A stretch of 64,000 bases of DNA from Parcubacteria group bacterium LiPW_15 (GCA_007375645.1 VMER01000001.1:273211-337210), one strand, 5' to 3'. Counted from the first letter of the stretch, positions 1 through 8,092 are shown. Translations and numbers: made by a program. Notes: generated by a model from the sequence alone, not told the origin.

Positions 1-64
1 TAGCCCTGCTCACACTCATTCGCAAGCATTGTAGCATGGCATCCCCCAAAATGTCAAAGGCCAC

Positions 65-712
65 TTAGGAAGAAGCGATTGGCTGGTCCTCGACCGGCTC
101 CTGCTTCTTAAACACAATGAACTTATACCCCAGGAAATTCCAAATGAAGGATGCGAATATTCCGCAAAGGACGGCAAAATTTGCCCAAAGATTGACCGCG
201 ACCGCTTCGCCCCGCGCCCCGTTAACCAGCGTTGCCACACCGACATTAACCAGGAGCCCGATTCCGGCAATAATATAAAATTGGATCGCCTGCTTGGTCG
301 CATCCCCTCCCTTGGAATCAAAAGTCCAAAACTTGTTCCAAAAAAAGCTGTTGGTCGTGGCAAACAAAAAGGAAATCGCTTTAAAGATCGAGAAAGCGAT
401 TCCTGTGGCAACTCCAAATATCGCGATCAAAAGATTTACGACTCCAAAATCTATGAAACTATTTAAGGTTCCCACCGCCGCGAACTTCGCGAACTGATAG
501 ACAACCTTTATCCAGCGGCCGATAAATGCGGCTACAAAAAGCGCGATTGGCGCAAGGATAGTGAAAAACACAAAAGCTAAAACTCTTGTTTTTACATCGA
601 TCGCTAACCCGAAACTTACGATAGTTTCCGCCAAAGTGGAAATCATCGGCTGGATCAAAAGACCCACCGCCGCGCCGATTATCAAACCCAACAATCCGTC
701 TTTCTTTGCCAT
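65..712 (-). CDS. GtrA-family membrane protein (putative lipid-linked glycan flippase) with extra N-terminal TM helices
   Basis: QFAKFAAVGTLNSFIDFG...NSFFWNKFWTF...WNFLGYKFIVF is the GtrA pattern; about 6 hydrophobic segments. Confidence 0.85.
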   Translation of the reverse strand: MAKKDGLLGLIIGAAVGLLIQPMISTLAETIVSFGLAIDVKTRVLAFVFFTILAPIALFVAAFIGRWIKVVYQFAKFAAVGTLNSFIDFGVVNLLIAIFGVATGIAFSIFKAISFLFATTNSFFWNKFWTFDSKGGDATKQAIQFYIIAGIGLLVNVGVATLVNGARGEAVAVNLWANFAVLCGIFASFIWNFLGYKFIVFKKQEPVEDQPIASS

Positions 713-727
713 AGTGTTAATAATGAT

Positions 728-1453
728 TTATTTTACCGAACTAATGATTTTTGCGAATTCCTTGGGATCCAAACTCGCGCCACCGACAAGGGCGCCGTCG
801 ATTCCCTTTTGTGAAATAAATTTCTTCGCATTCTTCGCCGTGACCGATCCGCCGTAAATTACCCTTACCGGCCCGCCTGTCGGCGAGACAGACAGGAGTG
901 ATCTAATAAAATCTGCCATCGCTATTGCATCCGCCGGCTTATCCGTCCGGCCGGTGCCGATCGCCCAAATGGGTTCGTAGGCTACAATTATGTCTTTCAA
1001 AAACTTTTTCTTCACTCCGAAGAGCGCGGATTTCATTTGCGCACGCACGAAATTTTTGGCCGAGGTTATTCCTTTTTTTCTGACGTCTTCACCCTCCCCT
1101 ACGCAAAGAATAACTTTTAGCCCGGATGCAAGCGCGGTCTTTAGCTTTTTACCGACGATCTCGTTCGTATCGCCTAAAGCACGCCTTTCCGAATGTCCGA
1201 TGAGCGCGTATTTAACCCCGAAATTTTTAAGCATTTGGGCAGACACCTCTCCCGTATACGCTCCTCCCGAACGCAAGTTCTCCCAAAAAACATCCTGCGC
1301 GCCCAAGATCGTGTCTTTGCGTCCCGAAAATAATGGGATGTGTAAAAATGACGGAAACATAACAACCTCCGCCCCGCTCGTAGGTTTAAACTTTGCCCAA
1401 GCCCTAAGATCGGGCTCATGCATCTTAAAATTCGCCGCGATGAATTTCTTCAT
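728..1453 (-). CDS. tpiA: Triosephosphate isomerase
   Basis: AANFKM, GAYTGEVS, IGHSERR, AYEPIWAIGTG, YGGSV, LVGGASL motifs. Confidence 0.98.
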   Translation of the reverse strand: MKKFIAANFKMHEPDLRAWAKFKPTSGAEVVMFPSFLHIPLFSGRKDTILGAQDVFWENLRSGGAYTGEVSAQMLKNFGVKYALIGHSERRALGDTNEIVGKKLKTALASGLKVILCVGEGEDVRKKGITSAKNFVRAQMKSALFGVKKKFLKDIIVAYEPIWAIGTGRTDKPADAIAMADFIRSLLSVSPTGGPVRVIYGGSVTAKNAKKFISQKGIDGALVGGASLDPKEFAKIISSVK

Positions 1454-1473
1454 ATCTCATAAGAATAACATAA

Positions 1474-1500
1474 ATGGCCCCGCCTTGCGGCGGAGCCATG
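1474..1500 (-). terminator. Hairpin downstream of the orphan ORF (putative terminator)
   Basis: ATGGCCCCGCC-TTGC-GGCGGAGCCAT stem-loop just past the stop codon. Confidence 0.5.
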
Positions 1501-1503
1501 GAA

Positions 1504-1803
1504 CTAGTTCTTGAAACGAATCCTGTTCTTGAACCTCACCTGAGCGGTGGTCTGAAGGTCCGGAACCGCGAAAATGACCAGCTTCCTTTCCCGTTTCCGA
1601 TAGACTCGAAGCCACCTCTCCAGGTATTTGGCTTCCACCTGCACGACATACATCGCCGCGGCCGGAGAAAGGTCGGAAGGAACTAACCTCACCTTGGGCT
1701 TCCGGCCCTCATACCTTTTGGGCAGAGACTCCAGAATCTCTTTCCGCTTTTCTTCCGGGAGTTCTTCGCCCGAAATCACAATGATCGTTCTTTCTTTGCT
1801 CAC
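1504..1803 (-). CDS. Hypothetical protein (orphan, 99 aa)
   Basis: GTG start preceded by SD-like AAGGGGGA; own sigma70 promoter and downstream hairpin. Confidence 0.7.
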   Translation of the reverse strand: MSKERTIIVISGEELPEEKRKEILESLPKRYEGRKPKVRLVPSDLSPAAAMYVVQVEAKYLERWLRVYRKRERKLVIFAVPDLQTTAQVRFKNRIRFKN

Positions 1804-1833
1804 TGGGGTCCCCCTTACTATGGAACTGGCTGG

Positions 1834-1862
1834 ATTATATAAGATTTTTTTAAAGAAGTCAA
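1834..1862 (-). promoter_or_regulatory. Sigma70 promoter of the orphan ORF
   Basis: TTGACT-17 bp-TATAAT on the minus strand. Confidence 0.75.
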
Positions 1863-2034
1863 CAAAAAACTCGTGTTATTAAGCCCTCATGGAAACTTCT
1901 GGTTCGAGAGAAGTCATCGGAGCCGCTTGAAGCTCGGTCATTTACAGAGTAAATGTTCAAGCGGCGAGATACAGTCGCGCCCCGATGCTGGAATCGGGGC
2001 GACGACGGTTCTCGAAAATCAGAAGTTGTAATCC

Positions 2035-2048
2035 GTAGCGCCAGGGGG
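2035..2048 (-). repeat. Direct repeat of the tRNA-Glu 3' end (att-like)
   Basis: GTAGCGCCAGGGGG at 2035-2048 is identical to 2179-2192. Confidence 0.8.
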
Positions 2049-2179
2049 CAGAAGCAAAGCTTCTGCACTTCCACTATGTTTTGCAAAGCAAAACAAATTA
2101 TTGAAGGTCGGAATCTCACCGAGGTTCAATTCCCTAAAGCCAATAAAAATACACCGCATCTGTGGTGTATTTTTATTAG

Positions 2180-2250
2180 TAGCGCCAGGGGGAATTGAAC
2201 CCCCGTTCCCGCCGTGAGAGGGCGGTGTCCTACCACTAGACGATAGCGCC
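2180..2250 (-). tRNA. tRNA-Glu(CTC)
   Basis: GGCGCTA...CCGCC-CTCTCAC-GGCGG...GGGGG-TTCAATT-CCCCC-TGGCGCT-A cloverleaf; CCA not encoded. Confidence 0.95.
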
Positions 2251-2487
2251 GTTATTAAAAATTCTTTCCCTGGAAATTGCACTCGTTTTAAGGTGCACTT
2301 CTCTTGCCCTGGCTGCGGCTCTATTTTTACATTTTTCAGTGTAAATTGCTACCCAAGGTTTATAAAACTTAGTCGACTTTACGGCTCCAGAATTATGCTG
2401 AGTTAATCTGCTTTCTGGATTTCTAGAAATACCAATGTAGTGTCTCGGGAAGTTTTTACTCTTTAACACGTAAACCCAATATTCCAT
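2236..2487 (-). CDS. Small GIY-YIG nuclease (UPF0213/YhbQ-like)
   Basis: YWVYVLKS...HYIGISRNPESRLTQHNSG...STK..KPW...AARARE..LK; the stop codon falls inside the tRNA-Glu D-arm. Confidence 0.9.
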   Translation of the reverse strand: MEYWVYVLKSKNFPRHYIGISRNPESRLTQHNSGAVKSTKFYKPWVAIYTEKCKNRAAARAREVHLKTSAISRERIFNNGAIV

Positions 2488-2497
2488 TTTTATTTAG

Positions 2498-2537
2498 CCA
2501 CTACCTGCCTGCCGGCAGGCAGGGACGATAGCGCCGT
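2498..2537 (-). pseudogene. Duplicated tRNA-Glu 5' end interrupted by a 20-bp palindrome
   Basis: Minus strand ACGGCGCTATCGTC[CCTGCCTGCCGGCAGGCAGG]TAGTGG versus intact ACGGCGCTATCGTC-TAGTGG. Confidence 0.85.
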
Positions 2538-2565
2538 ATTTAATTTTCAATTTTGAGCCTTCTTT

Positions 2566-3810
2566 TTAGAAGGACTTTATCTCTTCCACCACCTTATCGA
2601 GCTGCATCGCATGCGAGCCTTTCACCAACACTATATCACCTTTTTTCATAATGTCTTGGACCGCGGCCCCCACTTCGTCGGCCGTATCAAATTCGTAGAC
2701 ATTCCGCTTCGGCATTCCCGCCGCACGGGCTCCTTCGGCGATAAATTTAGCGCGCGGGCCTACGGCAAAAAGTATATCCGTAACCTTTGAAGCTATCGCC
2801 CCCACCTTTTCATGCGCCTGCATCGTGTATTTACCGATCTCAAGCATATCGCCCAAAACGGCAATGCGCCTCTTAGCGGGCATTTCCCGCAAAACATCAA
2901 GCGCCGCGTAAACGGACTGCGGACTCGCGTTGTAACAATCATCCAAAATGTAGGTGTACTTCACTCCCGGAATTATATTCATCCGGTGTTCGGCCGGCGC
3001 GTACTTTTCCAGTCCAGCGGAGATTTTAACCAAGTTGAGTCCGAAAATCAAACCCACTGCGGCTGCTGCGGCCGAAGCATATCCCTGCGTGCGGCCATAA
3101 GCGCCATCGAGCCTCACGGGCACAAAACTCCCGCCGTATTCTATCTTGAAAGAAACCCCGATCGGCCGCTCGCTTTCATGCCGCTCTTCAAACCCGGTGA
3201 CTCGGACCGCGGCTCCTTTTTCGAATCCGAAGGTAACAACGTGCGCGCGAGTACGCTCTTTCACGTCCATAACCGTCTCGTCATCGTAATTCAAAACCGC
3301 GAAACCTGCCGCCGGTAAAGACTCGATGAGTTTCGCTTTTTCCTTGGCCACCTCCTCCGGACCGCTATAGTGTTCCACATGCGCCGGTATCTCCCCCACC
3401 GTGGTGATAACGCTCACGTTTGGTTTGGCGATAGAAAGCAAGTATTTCATATCCCCCAGATTATCCACGCCGTATTCCAAAATCAATATCTCCGGATAAT
3501 CTTTTTTGAGAATAACATTCCAAAACGCTTTAAAAATAACTTTTGGCCAGAAAAACATCCCCTCGATCTTTTCATAATTTCCAAGGATCGTAAGCGGCAA
3601 GCCTAACTCGTTGTTGAAATTGGCGCGCGAATAGCGCACGGAACGTTCCCCTTCCAAAACCGAGGCTATCGCAAGCTTGGCGGAAGTCTTCCCCACGCTC
3701 CCGGTTATGCCGATTATGCCCGGCCTATAGCGCCAAATGGTTAACTTTGAAAGCTCTTTGAGCTTCCAGCGTAAAATTTTTAGTAAAGTTTCTTTGAGTT
3801 GTATTTTCAT
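2566..3810 (-). CDS. murF: UDP-N-acetylmuramoyl-tripeptide--D-Ala-D-Ala ligase (Mur ligase)
   Basis: GITGSVGKTS, NFNNELGLPLT, DDCYNASP, VLGDMLEIG, LVKGS motifs; dcw context. Confidence 0.9.
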   Translation of the reverse strand: MKIQLKETLLKILRWKLKELSKLTIWRYRPGIIGITGSVGKTSAKLAIASVLEGERSVRYSRANFNNELGLPLTILGNYEKIEGMFFWPKVIFKAFWNVILKKDYPEILILEYGVDNLGDMKYLLSIAKPNVSVITTVGEIPAHVEHYSGPEEVAKEKAKLIESLPAAGFAVLNYDDETVMDVKERTRAHVVTFGFEKGAAVRVTGFEERHESERPIGVSFKIEYGGSFVPVRLDGAYGRTQGYASAAAAAVGLIFGLNLVKISAGLEKYAPAEHRMNIIPGVKYTYILDDCYNASPQSVYAALDVLREMPAKRRIAVLGDMLEIGKYTMQAHEKVGAIASKVTDILFAVGPRAKFIAEGARAAGMPKRNVYEFDTADEVGAAVQDIMKKGDIVLVKGSHAMQLDKVVEEIKSF

Positions 3811-3824
3811 TGGAAATTAATCAT

Positions 3825-5441
3825 TTATTTGGTTATCCTATCCGGCGCGACATCGTAATAATGCAGAATAAACTGCCCCAGCTCTTTGAACGCCGGCACC
3901 ACCGTTGTTCCGGCGAGAAGTTCCTGCGGCAAATCATCTATTTTTATAAGCGCTACAAATTTTGGATCGACGGTCGGACCAAAACCGACATAAGTATCGA
4001 CAACTCTGTCGCTATAGCCTCCTTTTTTGAAATCCGGTATCTGCGCCGTACCTGTTTTTCCCGCAATGCTGAATCCGTCTATTTTCGCAACTCCGGCTTT
4101 GTCTACCGCGGAGACCATCATTTTAGTAACCGCTCTGGCGGTATCCGCGCTTATAACCTCGCGGATGAGCTGCGGTTCGGAATTCGCGTTCAGATACGGC
4201 CTCATCAATTTTCCCCCGTTTGCTATCGCGGAAACGGCATTTATAAGCTGTATCGGAGTCACGGAAACGCCCTGTCCGAATCCCGCGGTCGCGAAAGCGA
4301 TAGCCGGAGCTTTTGGAACCAAACGCGAAACATTTCCCTTGAGTTCTCCCGGAAGATCGATGTTTGCTTTTTCACCGAAACCAAATTTTTTAATATACGA
4401 TGTTAGAACCGACGAACCCATTGTTTTGACGGCAAACGCGGTACCGGTATTGAGCGACTGTTCAATAACATTGGTCATTGTAACCTTGCCGTGAGCCTTA
4501 AGATCCCAGTTGGATATTTTTTTTCCGCTGATAGTCACGCTCCCTGAATCGTAATAAGTCGTATCCGGGGTGATCTTCCCGGCATCTATTCCGGCAGCCA
4601 TCGTAAAAACTTTAAAGACCGAACCCGGCTCATAGACCGCTTCGGTTATCGGATTAGTGAAATTTTTAATACTGAAAGTGGAGTAAGTATTCGGATCGTA
4701 GTTCGGAAAACTGGCGGCAGCCAGGATCTTACCGGTATTCGGATCTTCGACTATCACACTGCCGCTCGGAGACCCCGTGTCCCGAATAAGTTTTTCCAAA
4801 GTCTGTTCCGCTTGCCGCTGGATGTTCGGATCTATGGTCAAAACCAGCCCTTCTCCGGAAGCAAGCTCGTTATTACTATCGGCTCCCGACAAAGAATTGT
4901 CGTAGAATTTTTCGAGTCCGTAACGGCCGACTTCTCCGTTCTTCTTGTCGTCCGGACCGACAAACCCGATCACCTGCGCCGCAGTGGTTCCGAAGGGATA
5001 AAACCTATCCGGAGATTGCTTCGCGTAAACCCCTTTAATATTGAGTTCCTGTATTTTGAAAACGGACTCATTGGGAGCTTTTTTAAATAATGATGAGTAT
5101 TGGCTCATTTTATCGGAAAGCTTTGCTTCCAGATCTTCCGCCGGAACGTTAAATGCCAGGGATAGCTGATGAGTCGTCTCCTGAATATCCTCGATTTCCT
5201 TCGGCACGGCATAGATCTCGTTAAAATCCTTATTTAAGGCCGCCGGAACCTTGCCCCCGTCTTTGTCCGCAAAATAAATTATCCCCCGGCGGGAGGCTTG
5301 TGAATTCGTAGCGCTGATCTGAGCTTCGGCCTGAGCAAGATACGAAGAGCCTTTGGTTATCTGCACCTCATAGAGGTGGAACAGCAAAAAGCCGTAACAC
5401 AAGGTTACGACCGCGATTAAAGATGCGAAGCGAGCGCCCAT
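3825..5441 (-). CDS. ftsI: Class B penicillin-binding protein (FtsI/PBP3-like)
   Basis: RRGIIY, RFYPFG, YEPGSVFK (SxxK), SLN (SxN), AGKTGTAQ (KTG). Confidence 0.92.
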   Translation of the reverse strand: MGARFASLIAVVTLCYGFLLFHLYEVQITKGSSYLAQAEAQISATNSQASRRGIIYFADKDGGKVPAALNKDFNEIYAVPKEIEDIQETTHQLSLAFNVPAEDLEAKLSDKMSQYSSLFKKAPNESVFKIQELNIKGVYAKQSPDRFYPFGTTAAQVIGFVGPDDKKNGEVGRYGLEKFYDNSLSGADSNNELASGEGLVLTIDPNIQRQAEQTLEKLIRDTGSPSGSVIVEDPNTGKILAAASFPNYDPNTYSTFSIKNFTNPITEAVYEPGSVFKVFTMAAGIDAGKITPDTTYYDSGSVTISGKKISNWDLKAHGKVTMTNVIEQSLNTGTAFAVKTMGSSVLTSYIKKFGFGEKANIDLPGELKGNVSRLVPKAPAIAFATAGFGQGVSVTPIQLINAVSAIANGGKLMRPYLNANSEPQLIREVISADTARAVTKMMVSAVDKAGVAKIDGFSIAGKTGTAQIPDFKKGGYSDRVVDTYVGFGPTVDPKFVALIKIDDLPQELLAGTTVVPAFKELGQFILHYYDVAPDRITK

Positions 5442-5728
5442 TGGTTAGTTTCGAGGTAGCTTGGTTTGTTTTCTTTAACCAATCCCCGATCTTTAGCCAA
5501 AACCTCGACTTTGCTTGGATCAAATATTTTAAAAAGTTGGTCTTTAAGCTCGGCGCTTTGCACGCCCAGTTTTTGTGTTTCCGCCCTCATATCGGATATT
5601 CCGTGTCGTAAATTTACCATCTGATTATACACTGCGATCAGATAAATAAAACCGAAAACCAGAAGCGCTCCAAAAATTATAAGAAGGATGTTCGAGATAT
5701 TTTGTTTTTCGGATCTTACAAATGTCAT
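5417..5728 (-). CDS. ftsL: Probable cell division protein FtsL-like
   Basis: One TM helix followed by a coiled coil and a LAKDRGLV tail; lies between rsmH and ftsI. Confidence 0.65.
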   Translation of the reverse strand: MTFVRSEKQNISNILLIIFGALLVFGFIYLIAVYNQMVNLRHGISDMRAETQKLGVQSAELKDQLFKIFDPSKVEVLAKDRGLVKENKPSYLETNQWALASHL

Positions 5729-5729
5729 T

Positions 5730-6602
5730 TTATATAATTTTTATGGCTCGAAGTTTTGCGGAGCGGCTGCGTGGATTGATCTTTGTCTCTTCCCTTGAGG
5801 CAACTATCGGTTTTTTGTTTAAAAGTTCTGCGAACTTACCGCGGCTCAGCTCCCTGAACTTCTCCTTAACTATTCTGTCTTCAAGCGAGTGGAAAGAAAT
5901 TATCGCGACCCTTCCACCCGAGGCGACTATGTCTTTTAGGTCTCCCAGTATCTTTTCCAAATTCTCCAGTTCGTGATTCGCGTATATTCGAAGCGCCTGG
6001 AAAGTTCTGGTTGCGGGATCCATTCTGCGGCCCTCATAACCCCTCGGCAAACTCTTTCTCACTACTTCCGCAAGACGTCCGGCGGTTTCTATTTTCCCCG
6101 CCGACTTTATCGCTCTGGCGATTCGCCTCGAGTATCTTTCTTCGCCGAATTTGTAGATTATGTCCGCCAGCGCGTCTTCCCGTGTCCGCCTCAAAATTTC
6201 TTTGACCGGCACATCGTCTTTATCGAAAGTCATAAGGAGCGGCTCATCTCTCGCCTCCTCGGCGAAACTGAATCCCCTGCCGGAGACAAGTTGTTCCGAA
6301 GAGAACCCGAGATCCAAGAGAAGCGCGTCCGCTTTCCCCAGCTTTTGGACGGAAAGTATTTCTCTTAGGTCGGCGTAATTGCCATGCCTTAAGATCACAT
6401 TCTTCCCTCCAAGGCGTTTCTTGGTTTCGGAGAGTATTTGTTCGTCGAGATCCAAACCTAAGATTTTTCCTTTGGCTCCGACCAGAGGCAAAAGTGCCTC
6501 CGCGTGTCCTCCTCCGTCCACCGTCCCATCAACCACAAAGTCTCCGGGGACGACAGAAAGCGCATTTTTTACTTCTTCTAAAAGAACTGGAATGTGAGCC
6601 AT
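5730..6602 (-). CDS. rsmH: 16S rRNA m4C1402 methyltransferase
   Basis: HIPVLL, DGTVDGGGH, DLGFSS, ATRTFQALRIYAN, ISFHSLEDRIVK, NPRSRSAKLR. Confidence 0.97.
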   Translation of the reverse strand: MAHIPVLLEEVKNALSVVPGDFVVDGTVDGGGHAEALLPLVGAKGKILGLDLDEQILSETKKRLGGKNVILRHGNYADLREILSVQKLGKADALLLDLGFSSEQLVSGRGFSFAEEARDEPLLMTFDKDDVPVKEILRRTREDALADIIYKFGEERYSRRIARAIKSAGKIETAGRLAEVVRKSLPRGYEGRRMDPATRTFQALRIYANHELENLEKILGDLKDIVASGGRVAIISFHSLEDRIVKEKFRELSRGKFAELLNKKPIVASREETKINPRSRSAKLRAIKII

Positions 6603-6603
6603 C

Positions 6604-7035
6604 TTAGATTCCCAATTGGCCCAGCTGTTCGGCTATTTCTTCGGAGGCGCCTTCGGTCTTGGCTTTATACTTTTCCCAAGCATCGGCGTCCCAAAGTTCT
6701 ACCCGGCTGTAAAGACCGGCTACCACAACTTGTTTTTTAAGATCTGCGAATTTTTTTAAATATTCCGGGACGAGTATCCTCCCTTGTTTGTCCAATTCCA
6801 CATCCGTGGCTCCGGCGAGCATCAAACGAACGAATGCTCTGGAGTTTGATTGAGAGAGCGGAAGAGCCGTTAATTTCGCAACGAGCTCCTGCCATTCTTT
6901 TTGGGCAAAAACAAAGAGACAATTATCCAGTCCCCTGGTTATGATGGCCCCGGCGGACAACTGCTCGCGAAACTTGGCCGGAACCGCTATCCGACCTTTT
7001 TGATCTATATTGTGTCTGTATTCGCCGAGCAGCAT
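6604..7035 (-). CDS. mraZ: Transcriptional regulator MraZ
   Basis: MLLGEYRHNIDQKGRIAVP and LDKQGRILVP repeats. Confidence 0.97.
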   Translation of the reverse strand: MLLGEYRHNIDQKGRIAVPAKFREQLSAGAIITRGLDNCLFVFAQKEWQELVAKLTALPLSQSNSRAFVRLMLAGATDVELDKQGRILVPEYLKKFADLKKQVVVAGLYSRVELWDADAWEKYKAKTEGASEEIAEQLGQLGI

Positions 7036-7087
7036 TGGATTTGGTTGGGTTAAATATAAATAGGGCTTTAAATATGGGGGTTTTGAC

Positions 7088-7128
7088 TTATCCCCAGAAG
7101 TGGGTGTTTATCCCCAAAGTTATCCACA
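7088..7128. promoter_or_regulatory. Three DnaA-box-like sites upstream of mraZ
   Basis: TTATCCCCA (7088, 7108) and consensus TTATCCACA (7120). Confidence 0.5.
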
Positions 7129-7320
7129 ATTCCCCACTTCCATCTTATTCTATTCCACTTCTGCCTACTGTCAAAATGTGCATATCTTTTGGTTTTCCAC
7201 CCAAGCACGCAAACTGGCCCTTAAAGGCACTGCCCGGTTCCCCACCCCGTAAAACTTTGCCGCGGGGCAAGGTGCAATTGCGAAATTTCGAGCTAAACAT
7301 TATAGTTTCTTGGTGAGAAC

Positions 7321-7371
7321 GGACGATTAGCCCTGCCTGCCGGCAGACAAGTCAGTTGGTTAGAGCGCTGC
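7321..7371 (+). pseudogene. tRNA 5'-half remnant interrupted by a palindrome variant
   Basis: GGACGATTAGC[CCTGCCTGCCGGCAGACAAG]TCAGTTGGTTAGAGCGCTGC; removing the insert restores a canonical D-arm. Confidence 0.75.
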
Positions 7372-7395
7372 ATTTTCACCCGCCCACCAATTAAC

Positions 7396-7467
7396 GGACC
7401 CATAGCTCAGTGGTAGAGCGTTCCGTTCACATCGGAAAGGCCACAGGTCCGATCCCTGTTGGGTCCA
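7396..7467 (+). tRNA. tRNA-Val(CAC)
   Basis: GGACCCA/TGGGTCC acceptor; TTCCG-TTCACAT-CGGAA anticodon arm; atypical T-loop TCCGATC; enclosed by a 14-bp inverted repeat (7379-7392/7476-7489). Confidence 0.9.
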
Positions 7468-7500
7468 CATCGCAGAATTGGTGGGCGGGCAAGTTGCAAG

Positions 7501-7549
7501 GGTCATACCTGCCTGCCGGTAGGCAGGGGTTCGATCCCTACAGGGTGCA
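7501..7549 (+). pseudogene. tRNA 3'-half remnant interrupted by a palindrome
   Basis: GGTCATA[CCTGCCTGCCGGTAGGCAGG]GGTTCGATCCCTACAGGGTGCA; removing the insert gives T-arm ATAGG-TTCGATC-CCTAC. Confidence 0.7.
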
Positions 7550-7623
7550 CAAACAGAAATTCAAAAGGTAGGGCGGGCAAGTCGGAAAGGTCACGGGTCC
7601 GACTTCCGATATTCGACAACATT

Positions 7624-8040
7624 ATGGAAATAAAAAATAAACTTATTGAACTTGATCTTAATTCTGAAAATACAGTTGTTATCGGTTCTGGTATTTTGAA
7701 CGCTTTAAATCTTCGAGAAAACAAAGATATTGATGTTGTCGTAACTGAAGAAAAATATAAGGAACTTTCTGACAACAGTCGTTTCAGAAAAGAGCAAAAT
7801 CATGGTCGAGAAATTTTGAATGATGACCTATTTGAAATTGGAACGAGTTGGACTGTTGTCGGGGAAAATTGGAAATTTGATGATTTGCTAAATCATTCGA
7901 TAACAATAGACGGCGTTCGCTACAATACAGTTGAATTTCTGTTAGACGCGAAACGCCGTTGGATTGCAGATGGAGAAGGCCGCCAGAAAGATATTGACGA
8001 TGTTAAGCTAATGGAACAATATCTTTCTGGTCTAAAATAG
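7624..8040 (+). CDS. Putative nucleotidyltransferase-fold protein (AT-rich)
   Basis: Likely start MEIKNK at 7624; VVIGSGIL...R...DIDVVV resembles the pol-beta-type GS...DxD motif. Confidence 0.6.
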   Translation: MEIKNKLIELDLNSENTVVIGSGILNALNLRENKDIDVVVTEEKYKELSDNSRFRKEQNHGREILNDDLFEIGTSWTVVGENWKFDDLLNHSITIDGVRYNTVEFLLDAKRRWIADGEGRQKDIDDVKLMEQYLSGLK

Positions 8041-8092
8041 TTAACCGTCATTTTTTCAAAACAGAGAACGAATCCATCACATCACCAAAAAC

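Noticed and set aside
2236-2487. Group I intron-encoded homing endonuclease in tRNA-Glu
   Set aside because: The tRNA is intact and contiguous, and there is no room or conserved core for a group I intron.
7088-7128. Replication origin
   Set aside because: Only three boxes, no dnaA/dnaN nearby, and the gene-strand bias does not switch.
7321-7549. One split or intron-containing tRNA formed from the outer 5' and 3' halves
   Set aside because: The acceptor strands GGACGAT and AGGGTGC are not complementary and no anticodon arm can be rebuilt.
7459-7623. N-terminal extension of the 193-aa ORF
   Set aside because: It runs through tRNA and palindrome sequence; composition changes at the ATG at 7624.
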